DNA of 64,000 nucleotides from Babesia bigemina (Eukaryota): NCBI RefSeq assembly GCF_000981445.1, contig NC_027216.1, positions 744,001 to 808,000 of the forward strand, read 5' to 3'. Shown piece by piece: positions 33,446 to 44,900 of this stretch (position 1 is its first letter; each line of letters starts with the position of its first letter). The notes under the pieces were generated by a model. It saw only the letters and a program-made list of their open reading frames with translations, ran no database searches and was not told where the DNA came from. The position numbers and the translations under genes were made by a program.

Positions 33446-35106
33446 CGTACAGCGCTAATGCTCGGTAGTAGTGGTGCTCGTGCCCTAATGGTTTGAACAC
33501 GAACGCCAGCGGAGTCAGCTCCATCTTTATGGGCATCGGCGAGAACTGCGTCGTGCGCGCCCACGCCGTGTCTAACTCGCCCCGGTCCAGGCCCGCCTGG
33601 GGACGGCCGCCGAGCATGTCCATCGCACATGAGCTCTGGTTGTCGGCCGCGCTGGAGGCCTGGACGTCGGAGCGCTGAGCGTCGACATGGGCGTTTATGG
33701 CCTTCGCACGAGCGGACAGTGCCGCAGAGTTTTGCTTGCCGCCGCTGCTCTCGCTCTGGCTCTTCTGAGTGATCAGCGTCACCTCGCCGCCTGCGCCATG
33801 CTGGTGCCCACGGACGATACCTACCTAGTGTGATGCGCGTGATGGCGTGAGTGCCCCACTGCCGGAAAAAATCGAACCAGATCATGCGGACGGCGCCGCA
33901 GCGGGCGTGCCCGTAGTGGCGGAGCGTGCACGCATCGTGCCTCCCTAGCGCTCTCAGCAGGTGTATGACGGCCATGTCGAAACTGCGGCTCAGTTGGCTG
34001 CGATTTGTGGGTGGTTTATGGGTGGCACCTACGTCGTCCGGTTTATCAGGACGCCCGCCACGAAAGCGACGCAGGTTTCCTGCCTCGAAAGTTGGCTTTT
34101 CGAACTTTCGGCGCTCGCGGAGTTGCCGATTGACAGCTTGGCGGACAGCGACGCTTCATCGGAAGCCGGGTTCTCTTCATCCTCCGAAGACGCAGTTTCC
34201 GGATCATCGTCAAGCGACAGCGGGTCGTCCTCGGCGTCCTCGATGTAAGGTGAATCTGCGCTCGCCGCGCCTTCGTCCAACAACGAGGCGAAGAGGTCGT
34301 CGTAGTATTCATCCTCAGCAGCGACCTCATCGTGCCCAGCGGAATCGGGTTCCGCAAGTGCGTCGTTGTCTTCCCCAGCAGGCTGTTCGTCCCCGTCGTC
34401 TGCAACGACTTCGTCATCGGTGTTGCCGTCATCGGCAACGACTTCGTCATCGGTGTTGCCGTCATCGGCAGCGACTTCACCGTCGGTGTTGCCGTCATCG
34501 GCAGCGACTTCACCGTCGGTGGCGACTTCGTCATCCGTGTTGCCGTCATCGGGCGGCTTTGGCCCCGACTTGGCCTCAAAGTTGGCCGTTAGCTGGTCGC
34601 TGAAGGTCTTGGTGTATTTGCTGTTGGCTGTCTGCGAGCGATTCTGCGTTCAGGCGGTAAGACGCGACTCACGTTTTCCCTGATGGAGTAGAACGGCACC
34701 CGCCATGCGTACACGTTGCGAGGCAGTTTCCAGCGTAGCGTGTTGTTGTAGCGTCTGGAACCGGACTCCGGCCACACCAGGCGTACAATCGGCGCCTTAA
34801 ACTCGGAGCCGTCGTTGTTGTAGCTCCCCAGGGCATCCTTGTGCGCTTTCTCCACCACGTCGTAGCCGAGCCCCAAATACTCTGCAGCGCGTCAGTTGCA
34901 CGTTCGCATGCACTACCTAGGCTGGGGATTGAAGTCCGGTTGCCCGGGTTCACGGCGGTGAGGATCCCAGGGCGGAACTGGTGTGCATCCGAGACCGCAA
35001 CGGCGATTTTTACCAGGTGGAGATGAAAAAACAATATTACAGCTAAAGTTTTGAGCGCGCAGGCAACTTGCCGCTGACACAGCGTCGTAGCAGTCCACGC
35101 AGCCAT
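33411..35106 (-). CDS. MACPF (perforin-like) domain protein with N-terminal signal and acidic repeat insert; multi-exon
   Basis: Hydrophobic leader; GLGYDVV, PIVRL.W, WFDFFRQWGTHAITRITLG|G, MLGG, WARTT..SPMPIKMELTPL, typical of apicomplexan MACPF domains. Confidence 0.82.
34402..34551. repeat. 33-bp tandem repeat (~4 units, last ones degenerate) encoding DDGNTD(D/G)EV(V/A)A on the - strand
   Basis: Unit GCAACGACTTCGTCATCGGTGTTGCCGTCATCG starting at 34402, 34435, 34468, 34501. Confidence 0.92.
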
Positions 35107-35111
35107 TGTTA

Positions 35112-35860
35112 CTAACACTTGTCATCGTGGTAGAGGTACCGTGCGTCGGCCGATCCAGGTGGCAACTCCGCGTCTGTAGACTCATGGCAATCCACTCGGG
35201 GCACTTACGCAGGTGGTTGTCTGCCGGGAGGCGCTTCTCCTTCGCGTTAGACAGCATCGAAATGATGCTGAGGACGAAGCTCGCAACCGACGCCGTGGGC
35301 ACGTAGTCCGACCCGAGGCTGCTCATGCAGATGTCGCCGTTCGAGTACACATGTGCGTGCACGGGTGCTGCAGCGGTGTGAGCGCGCGTTTGAGGTGCAC
35401 TGGCTGTATGTACAGCGTTAGGGTTCGGCAGTGGGTGGCTCACGACTGGTCACGGAAACGGAAACGGAAACCTACATGGCTGCAGGAAGTAGACCACCGG
35501 AGGCTTCAGGGGATACTCCTTGGGGAATAGAATCTTCAGGCGGTACTTCTCGCCCGCGTAGAGGGTGCCAGGAAGGCCCGTCCAGGTGATGATCCAGATG
35601 TCGCTGCGAGACCCAAAGACCTCAAGGGTGCAGTTGGGAGGCGGGTCCTTCCTGAAGTTTGCCAGCTCCTGAAACCACGTGATTCCACGTGTCTACAGCG
35701 GGAACCGCACCTTTTGGAGCCTGTTGAAGTACAGGTGGTTGCGATTGAGGCCCAGGGCGAGCGGGCGAGAGCTGCACAGCCTCGGCAGACGCGCTGTGAG
35801 AGCGTGCACGGAGAAGGCAAGTACGCCGAAGAGCATCAAGCCCGATCGCGCAAACGACAT
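35112..35860 (-). CDS. Ubiquitin-conjugating enzyme E2 (UBE2W-like) with signal and transit-like leader, probable apicoplast E2; multi-exon
   Basis: MSFARSGLMLFGVLAFSVHA signal then R-rich segment; GTLYAGEKYRL, YPLKPPVVYFL, HAHVYSNGDICMSSL (catalytic Cys), LSIISMLS, C-terminal YHDDKC. Confidence 0.85.
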
Positions 35861-35898
35861 GGTGGCATGTTAAACGCTAATTTAGTTGTTTAACGGTG

Positions 35899-37530
35899 TC
35901 AAATTATAATACTGCCACTCTCATGGATGCTCTTGCTGATTACCTTGTGCGGAAGGACGATGCACTCCCGGACGAAGAGGCCCTCAGACACCGCGACGTT
36001 CTTGCCGAACACACTCAGACCCTCCACTCGCACCTGCAGGTCAATGTGCGGCCGCAGCGGCGACGTACCCAGGGGTGGATGCGGCAGTCCCAGCCGACGA
36101 TGCTGCCTTCCACGTAGATGTGCGCGCCCAGACGAGCGCCTGAGCCCATTAGCGGTTGCCTGGCAGCACTCACCTTCGAGGATCGTGGATTGCAGGATTC
36201 TGCAGCCCTCACCAATGACCGTGTTCGGGCCGACGCAGACGTTCGGGCCCAGCACACATCCCCGATCAATGCTGGATGAAGGGTGGATGAGCACCGGAGG
36301 GTGAATCACCACGTCCTTGCCGATGTTAGGGTAGGCGCTGATCTCGTCTGTCACGTCTCCTGCGGTTCCTGCGGTTCCTGCGGTACCTGCGGTCCATTCG
36401 GCACCCGCGTCGCACTCGGCTTTACGACGAATGAGCAGACCGCCCTTGGTCTTCACGGCCACCAGCGGGCCCTCCTCGGGACACTCGCTGCCATCAGTGC
36501 CGCAGAGGGTGGCATGGGCCAGCTCGTTGTGCGCGTGACCTGATATGTACAGCCCCTGGGCGTGGAGGTAATCCTTGGGCTTCCCGATGTCGGCCCAGAT
36601 GCCACTCAGCGGGTGGCAGAAGGTACGGCCCATGGCCACAAGCTTGGGGAATAAGTAACGCTCAATAGATACGTTCCCCAAGGGTATGTGCGATATCAGC
36701 GACTTGTTCAACACGTAGACGCCTGACAGCCGTCACGTGACGCGACCTGGAACCCACCCGCATTGATCTCGTTGGAGATGAACTCCGTCGGCTTCTCCAC
36801 GAACGCCTTTATGCGATAGTCCGGTTCATGCACGATCACGCCGAAGTCGCTGGGGTTGGCGGTTTCGGTGACCAATATGGTGGCGTCCGCGGAGTTGCGG
36901 CGGTGGGCCGCGACCAGCTCGGAGAAGCGGTAGTTGCTGATGACGTCGCTGTTCAGCACCAAAAAGTCGTTGCAGTCGTCCTCCGGATCGCACAGCAGCT
37001 TCTCGGCGAGCTTGAGCGGCCCGGCTGCAGGATATGCGGACCACGGCGTATCACGTACCGGTGCCAAGCGATTCAGACTCGATGGAGCAGTCGATGCGAA
37101 CGTTGTACTGCGGCTAATCAGTTGCACGCCGGCGATGCTTACCTTCTCACTGAGCTTGTCGATCATGGGAAGCATGCTGCGTTGGTCCTGCGGAATCGCG
37201 AGGATGAGGTGGTCCACGCCTGCCTGCACATTTTGAGTTACGTCGCAACAGCACGCTGGACCGCTTCCATGAACACGCACATCACGCCAGCACCATGTTA
37301 ACGAACACTACACGAACTACGAGACGAAGGCTCGCCGGGTTACCGGGCCAAAGGCATGTCTGCCTTCGCAGCCTTCGCCTACATGACGCAACGCAACGCA
37401 CCTCGAGGCTAGCCTCAATCTGGTACTCGACGATCGGTCTGTTGCAGAACGGCATGAACGGCTTCGGGACCGTCAGCGTGAGAGGACGCAGCCGCGTGCC
37501 GTGGCCGCCGGCGAGGATGAGGCACTTCAT
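35899..37530 (-). CDS. GMPPB: Mannose-1-phosphate guanylyltransferase (GDP-mannose pyrophosphorylase); multi-exon
   Basis: [68 protein letters not shown] hexapeptide repeats, IVGWD, VLPHK. Confidence 0.93.
36359..36394. repeat. 9-bp tandem repeat x4 (CCTGCGGTN) encoding TAG-TAG-TAG peptide (Thr-Ala-Gly) in the GMPP linker insert
   Basis: cctgcggtt cctgcggtt cctgcggta cctgcggtc. Confidence 0.85.
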
Positions 37531-38104
37531 CGGAGGAGCCGGCCATCAAAGACCGCCACGGCAGCGGTATGGAAGCAGAAGAGGTGTTGAACTTGATGTG
37601 CGTACCGTGTGCTATTTACGACATCGCAAATGCCAGCTCGGTAGGCGTAGGCAACAATCAATGTGTGTCCTAGTGTAGTGCACGGCAAGTGGCGCGGCTG
37701 TCCACCAATTTTCCTGCTGCAGCCTTTCGTGCCGGAAATGGCACGTAACTTTCGCGCGGCTAAATGGCAAGGCGGCGTGTCTAAAATGCAATGTGTGAGG
37801 AGCTGCAACGCGCAGCGATGCTCGTGTCTGCCTTCTGCCGATGAGGGTAACGTCGTCGTGATTCCACAGCCCAGCCCGGCACCGGGCTCCCAAATAGCCA
37901 TACACACACCACTGTAGCGTTTTTAGGTGATTGGTGGGCAGTAACGACGATAACTTCGTGCCCCTATGCCCCATCGCACAGTGACGGCGGTCGCGATGTC
38001 CCGCAATGGGCTACTGTCGGGCAACACCGAGCCGGCAGATTACACATGGATGTGTAGTGTCATATCCGACAGTTACGTACCGATAAATAGCTGTTAACGG
38101 CGCG

Positions 38105-39985
38105 ATGGAGTTCACCACGCGCAATCGGAGCTCCGCAGGCGGCCAGGCCGACCCGAAGCAGCCGAGGCCGAAGAAAACGGTCAAGAAGCAGCCCTTCAGT
38201 TTCGCGAGGTTCTACAGGGACTATGGGCTGGTGCTCTGGCTGGCGCTTATAGTCTTCAGTAGGTGCTCGGCACATCACGGACAATGCTTGCAGTGGGACT
38301 AGTTATGAAGTACTTCGAGGACAAGTACCACTCCATGCAGAACTTCACGGAGTTCGGAGAGGACATCTACAAGGTCATGGGCATTCCACGCTCCGCGTCG
38401 GACGCGGAGATCAAGGCCGTGTACCGCCAGCTGAACCACAAGTGGTACGCATGACAACGCACGCCGCTCAGCGAATGCAGGCACCCCGACAAGAACCCGG
38501 ACTGCGCAGACTGCAAGGAGAAGTTCATGAAGTTGAAGGAGGCGTACAAGATCCTCAGTACGTTCACGCCCTTGCACCGAGTGCATGCCACGCAGGCAAC
38601 CCCCAGCTGAAGAAGCTCTACGACAGCACCAACGGACGCACTGTCGACGTTATCTCATCATCAACGACGGAGCTGACGCGCGAGAACTATGATGAGCTCG
38701 TTCGCAACTCGAACGACGTTTGGGCCATCCAGGTCTACTCGGACGACCTGTACGAATGCCACCAGTTCGCGAAGCACTGGGAGGAGGCGGCGAACAACCT
38801 CAGCCACTTCGCGAACTTCGGGCGCATCAGCATGCTCCTTAACCCCAAGGCCGCCAAGAAGCTGCGCGTCAAGGTCCAGCTGCTGCCCGCCGTGATCATG
38901 GTTTTCCCCGGCGGCGGATTCGACCTCTTCCCGCAGGAAGCATTGCGCTCATTTAAGCACTTCAAGGAGTACTTCGTGCAGGTGTACCCTGACAAGGTGG
39001 TCGCCTGCAAGGACCAGGCGGAGTTCAAGCAGAAGGCTGAGGCTGTCGTCGGCAGGCCGGCGTTGATATTCCGCAACGACGGAAACAACCGCCCGGCGCC
39101 GCTGGCGATACGCCACCTCGCGTTGAAATACAAGTGGGCGTTCGACACTTACTGGACCTCCTCCACGGTGCCAGCCCACCAGGACAAGGTGTTCATTGAC
39201 GACCTCATGGACGCCTCCAAGGGACAAAGCAACTTGGTGCCAACCACCGCAATCTTCCAGCTCAGGGAGGATCTGGATGCCCTGGCTATAATGTACGGTG
39301 CCGACCACGTCGGGCTCATCGCCACAGCCCCTTACAGCAGGGGGCAAATCGGGCCATTGGTCGAATGCATCGAGTCGATGCTCGTGGTACGTTCATCCCG
39401 ATGCACGCATTCTCCACACGACGCTTCAGCTGGCGTACCCGCCCCTCGAGCTTTCTCGTGATACGTTCACCCACCTATGCAAAAACCCGGAGTCCACTCG
39501 CGACCGCTTCTGCGTCGTCGTCGTAGGTGAGTGGATCGGCGTTGTATTCTCAGCGTTCATTAGGCGACGCGCATAGGGCATTTGACGAAAAGAAGGTCCT
39601 GGAGCGACTAGCGCAATTCGTTCACGGGGCGCGCATTGGCAGCGTCTTCTCCAACGAGTTCAGCGACCCGGAGGCTTCCGGTGCCGCGGTGCCCACGGCG
39701 GACGTCCAGCTGGTACGCCTGCCGGAGGCGCAGTCGACGCCCAAGCTACGTGAATTCGTAGCATCAGGAGTTATCCTGCTGGATGCCGCGCGCAACAAGT
39801 TCTGCACTGTGGAGTCCGCAGATAAGCGATTCGAGTGTGGCGTGCAGGACGACCTGGCGTGGGTTGGGGACGTTGCCGAAGGTGCATTCGACACGCTCGC
39901 GTGGCACGACACCAACCAGGCGTTCGGCGGCAGCTTCGAAGATAAATGCCTCAAGTCAAAGCGGCTTTGGGATAGGTTCTTCTGA
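38105..39985 (+). CDS. Membrane-anchored DnaJ plus thioredoxin-like domain protein (DNAJC16/ERdj-like); multi-exon
   Basis: N-terminal TM; IYKVMGI..AS..EIKAVYRQL..W|HPDKNP; ELTRENY..V..S..WAIQVYSD...CHQFAKHWEEAA (Trx-like, single Cys rather than CxxC). Confidence 0.8.
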
Positions 39986-40552
39986 ACCGAACGGCAGCGA
40001 AGAGAAGCTGACTGCTACTGCTGCTGGGCAATCACACCCATCAACATTGCACCGTCAAAATAAGTATTTTTGTAGATAGTTCCTAGCTTTGATATGAGCG
40101 GTGGCGCGGTAACATCGTAAGTGGTTTCTTTAGTATGCGCGGTAACACCTTTCCGACTATGCCACCAACACTCAGACGCAACGTGGCAAAACGCAGAAAC
40201 AGTCGATTTGTAAGCGGCTGACAAGCCAAAGGTAGAAGCGTGATTTCACAACACGCGTGTGAGGAATGGAAATGTGTTGTGGTGGCAATTCATCATGGCC
40301 TCGTGTATATTCAATGGGTGTTTCGACACCGCTGTGCGGAGGCGCACCAGCCAAGAGTTGACTACGCAGTGAATGGCTGTCCATAACGTCACACGCTGAA
40401 TTCACGCGTAAATATGCATAGATTTGGCTCATGTAATCTAAAGTATATTGCGATGCTGAGGTTGCGATTCGGCTAAGACGTGGTACAAGCCACGTCCATG
40501 AGACGAGGTATATCGGTGGACCGTGTTGGGCCCACCAAAGGCCCATATCCGC

Positions 40553-41342
40553 CTATGTGAACTTGGGGCCCACGCCCTGGTAAACGCTAGGCCGGTGCGG
40601 CAACGCAGGCAGCGGCTTGGCAGTGCGCGCAGGCTGCAGCGTGGTAAGAACACCGAGCATCTAAAACCTACCCTGAATTGGATCTGCAGCACGTACAGCT
40701 TCAACGTCTCCTCCCAGTTGACGTACAGTTTTCCAGGACTGTCGTCTACCTCCAGGTTGGGCACCTTGAAGGCGATGGTCTCGTACGGCTGAGCGGCGAA
40801 TAGCAGGAATTGGAAGGCTGGGTCCGGAGGACGCTCCATACGCTGCTCGAAGGCAGACATGAGCCTGTAACGAGGCTTGCCCTCAATGTCCGGATATTCG
40901 AGCTCAAACAAAAGCCCGTACTGCTTGGTTTCCGGGTCGTGCATTTTCGTGATGCGGTAACCCGGCCTGCCGATCTTCACGCTGCTCGTCCTCGGCATAC
41001 CAACCTGCGCCACATTGCCTACACGGGAGGATAACATACGGGCTTCGGCAGAGGCATCGAGAAGTTGTTGCGGTCCTCCTTGGCAGCACGCCGGGCTAGG
41101 TTCATCTGGTGCTTACGGCCCTGGGTGTGGCTCAGGTACGACGCATCGGAAGCGTGGATCGTGAGGCACAGACGACATTCCAGCTGCCCTAGGTGGTTCT
41201 TCTGAAAGTACGGGTCCTTCCCCAAGTCGAAGGTCTCGAGCGCAAGACGCCGCAAACGATCGCGATTATGTGCCGCGAGATCCTGAGCGGAGGCGGGACC
41301 GCCGCCGCCGGTTTTATGGCCCACCCTGTTCTGGTAGTCCAT
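40553..41342 (-). CDS. SF3A2: Splicing factor 3A subunit 2 (SF3a66/Prp11); 3 exons
   Basis: MDYQNRVGHKTGGG, RLRRLALET.DL.KDPYF.KNHLG..ECRLCLTIH...SYL.HTQGRKHQ.NL, VKIGRPGYR, PRYRLMSAFEQ, LLFAAQPYETIAFKVP. Confidence 0.95.
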
Positions 41343-41965
41343 TGTGTAATATAATGTGAATATGTAAGTGCTGTGGAACCACTGTCTGAAGTGCGGCGAG
41401 GGCCGTGGCTGGACGCATGTTGCGGCGGGCCGGTGAGGGCGGATGTCACTCCGGAGCCCGTAGGCCTAGAGTACACCGCACATTCTGATGTATAGCCGTT
41501 TGTTTAGCTGTAAATATAGAGGTGGTTCGTGTAAGAGGGTTCGTGAGCGCCAGCGTGCCAAGGAAGGCATCAGGAATCTCGCTGTCTACGGCCACCGGAT
41601 TCCTGGCGGCATCTTGTAGAATCCAGCGGATTGGACACATCCGTGTCGGAAGCCGAGGTGCAATTTGCATTATACAGTACGCTAGTTTAGCGATGATATG
41701 TGCAGCCCCTAATTACAAATCACACATAGCGCCAGACCCACAAGGCTGGCGGCGCACTCGCACCAGTCGATTCGTCGAGTCTACTCTCGTAGCCACCGCT
41801 AATCTACTCTTTTTTACGCGGGGATAAAACCCCCTGCGCCGACACTGCGAGTACGCGCAATGCTCTACAGGCATCCAGCGCGACGAGCAGGAAACTGTCG
41901 GCCGACACACTGGTAACGGCAGTACGCGCTGCTGCCGCTCCTCGAGTCTTCCGCGCCCCGGAAAG

Positions 41966-44900
41966 ATGGTACTGGTAGACAGCGCCGGGCGGCGCGATCC
42001 GGCCGTGCGCAACAAGAAGCAAGTGGCACGAGACTCCCTATGCGCGGTACTATGTGATGACTCGTCGCTGCAGAAGTCAGCCGCCCTCACTCTGGCCCGC
42101 GCATCGGCAACGGAAAGTAAGTGCAGGCTTATACCCCGCTTATGTCTTACAGGCGCTTCTCTGGAGGTGTTGCTGAGCCTGGTTCGAGGGGAGCTGCCGA
42201 ACTGTATGCCGTCGTTTAGCATATCCAAGTCGCTCTTTCTCCCCAAGACGCGCTGGCTGGACGGGTCCGGGATTTTCCCCTCGGAGGACGAGGAAGTTGG
42301 CGTTAACACGCTTAGAGAGTGTATGCAGAGCCCGGAGGCGTGGGAGAGGGCCAGGGTGATAGCGCTGCGAGCGCTGCTCGTGCACCGCGGCGCTGACCCG
42401 ACGGCACTGGAGGAGCTGCTCCCGCACGTCGTGGTCGGCGTAAAGCCGGAGTCGAAAAAACAGGTCACGTACTGCCGCGAAACCGCAGTGGCGCTCGCTG
42501 TGGCGTTTGCCGAGGCCATACCCGATGGAGACAGCTTCGAATTCGCCGTGCTGCAGATGACGCTGGTGAATGAGGAGGTCAAAATCCCGATTTTGCAGAC
42601 AGTGATTGAGCGTGCGATGAGCGAGCATGCGCTGCTGCCCAGAGTCCTGAAGCTGCTGAAGCGCATGATGAACACCGAAAGCGCAACGCCCGCTTTCGAC
42701 CTTGTAGGTGACGCGCCGCGATCACCATCGCTCTCGGTTTTCGCAATGGCGCATTTGTGCACGATCAACGCGCAGTGTTTGGCCAGCGCGGTACCGCGGG
42801 CGTTGCAGGTGATTGACTTCCACGCTGCCGACTGCGCCGGGCTGCGCCTCATGTGCCTCCTGGTATGCGCAGTGCGCCTCGGCGATATCAAGTCGGTGAC
42901 CATACGGCGCAACTACGTAAGGTTCATGCACTCGAAACTGGCAGCGCGAGCGTACGGTGGCTACGCGGAGGACATTGCCGAAGCGCTGAAGTCGCGGCCC
43001 AACGTGATACGGGTTATCGTGGACGCCATTGTGACGACCGTATATACGGTCACCAGGAACTCGCAGCCGGTGTACGAGCTCGTGGCTATGGTCAGCGCGC
43101 TTCTTGAGCTTATTCTGGCGGCGGCACCTGCCGCGGCGGAACAGACACCGGACATGAAGCTGCCCGCAGCCGCGCTCGACGTGGCAAGCTTGTTGAAGGT
43201 GCGGGCCCTTGTTTCGCACCTCACGCATTGCGGAATATCAATCGAAAACGACCAAAGGTTGGATCCCCTGTTAGCGTCCATTGCGCAGGCGGTGGCAGAC
43301 GACGGGATATTTGCGTATGCGAGCAGATTCGACTTCTCCGCGCAATTCGTCATCGAAGAGGCGCACATTTGGGGCGATATCGCAGCAATGTGTGGGGAAG
43401 ATCATGGATTAGGGTTGTTCAATGCAGTCAAGGCAAGAGTGCAATCGGCTAGCGATATCGTCTGGACGTTCAACACCCTCCAGCGGTTATATGTGGGCGT
43501 GGCGGTTATGAGGGACACGGAGCTCGTCACCGACTCTCCGGACGTGCACGGCGCAGTGGTGCACATCAGGGAGGGCTGGTGTTTGCGGGATGCGATCAAG
43601 GTGGCGCTGGCCACTTTGACTCTGAACGTCAGCGCCCATGCGGCGGCGCTGGCGTACATCGCTGCAATTGCAGCACGCAACAACGAGGAGGCGCTTTTCT
43701 TCGTTTCAGCGCTGGTGGATTCGACGTTGTTCCTGCTGCGGAACGCGGCAGTGTTGCCGTGGGAGGTGGCTTTCAAGATGGTGGAGATGAACATCGTGAT
43801 GCTCGCACGGTTGTCGCGACACAGGCTCGCACTGCCCATTGTGTTCAGCGCATTCAGGTACCTGTTCGGGCACCAACTGATGCAGCTGTGCCGTGATGGG
43901 GTCCCGCAATTCTACCGCTTCGACGCGCGCTGGAGATGCCTCCTGCTGTGCCACAGCGACATCCCCGCTGCAAAGGTGGTGGACAGCCCCACGACAGAAA
44001 GGCTGCAGGCAATGACACCGCGTGACAGAGAGGTGTACATGATAGTGTTCCGCTCCTTGTGCAAGTACCGCCCGGAGGACGCACTCAAGTACGTCAACGA
44101 CCTTGGCGAGCTATTTGCCGAGTACCCAGTCATGGCCATAGACGGGTGCACGCGCATGTGCAAAAACGACGTGATGGACTTCGGCATCGCATACCGGGTA
44201 TACGTCGCGTCACTGATGCAGGCCAACTTCACCAACACGGCCGTCGTCGGGGCCGTGGGCAGCTTTTTCTGCGAGTACCTGAAGCTGGTCAGCATGCGAA
44301 TACAAGGGCAAGTGAACGATGAGGACGTAGACGACCTGAACCTCATAATGATCAACTTGCTGCAGCTCGCGGCGCTGAACGATCTGCACGGGGTCACCGC
44401 GATAGCAGCGCTGCTCAAGTCGCCACTCTGGACTAAGCTGCAGACACTCCGGAACTGGCATATCAACAAAGAGTGCGGCTGCTACTCGCTGCTGGACCGA
44501 ATCAAGAAAAGTCAATTGAAGTGTACATTCTCAAAGCTGGATTACAGGTTCTTCGAGTTCGATTTCACGGCGTTCATAGGCGCCGAAGCGGGCGAAGAGG
44601 GCAGCGACCCGGCGAGCACGCACGGGCATAGTTTGCTCATATCCGCCGTCATAGACGCAGAGAGTGAAGCCACGAGTAGAGCGACGTTGCTGTCCCGCAG
44701 AAATGATGCCGTTCTAGGGTTTAACCGCGAAATACGCCGGGTGACTCGTGAGATGCTGAGGTCGCTGGGGTTCTCCAAGCCTACCATCAGCTCGTTCAGG
44801 TTCATCCTCGAATCTGACGACATGGACTCACGCGACTCCATGGCTGAATTAGGGGCGGCGGCATGCGTGCTCCCGATGCAGGGAGCTGAGATCGGCATCG

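Noticed and set aside
34402..34551. 33-bp repeats as a possible CRISPR array
   Set aside because: Contiguous units with no spacers, length a multiple of 3, inside a eukaryotic exon
41713..42912. 399-aa minus-strand ORF (also 7890-8714 and 32429-33346)
   Set aside because: Antisense shadows of GC3-rich real CDSs, with no recognisable motifs
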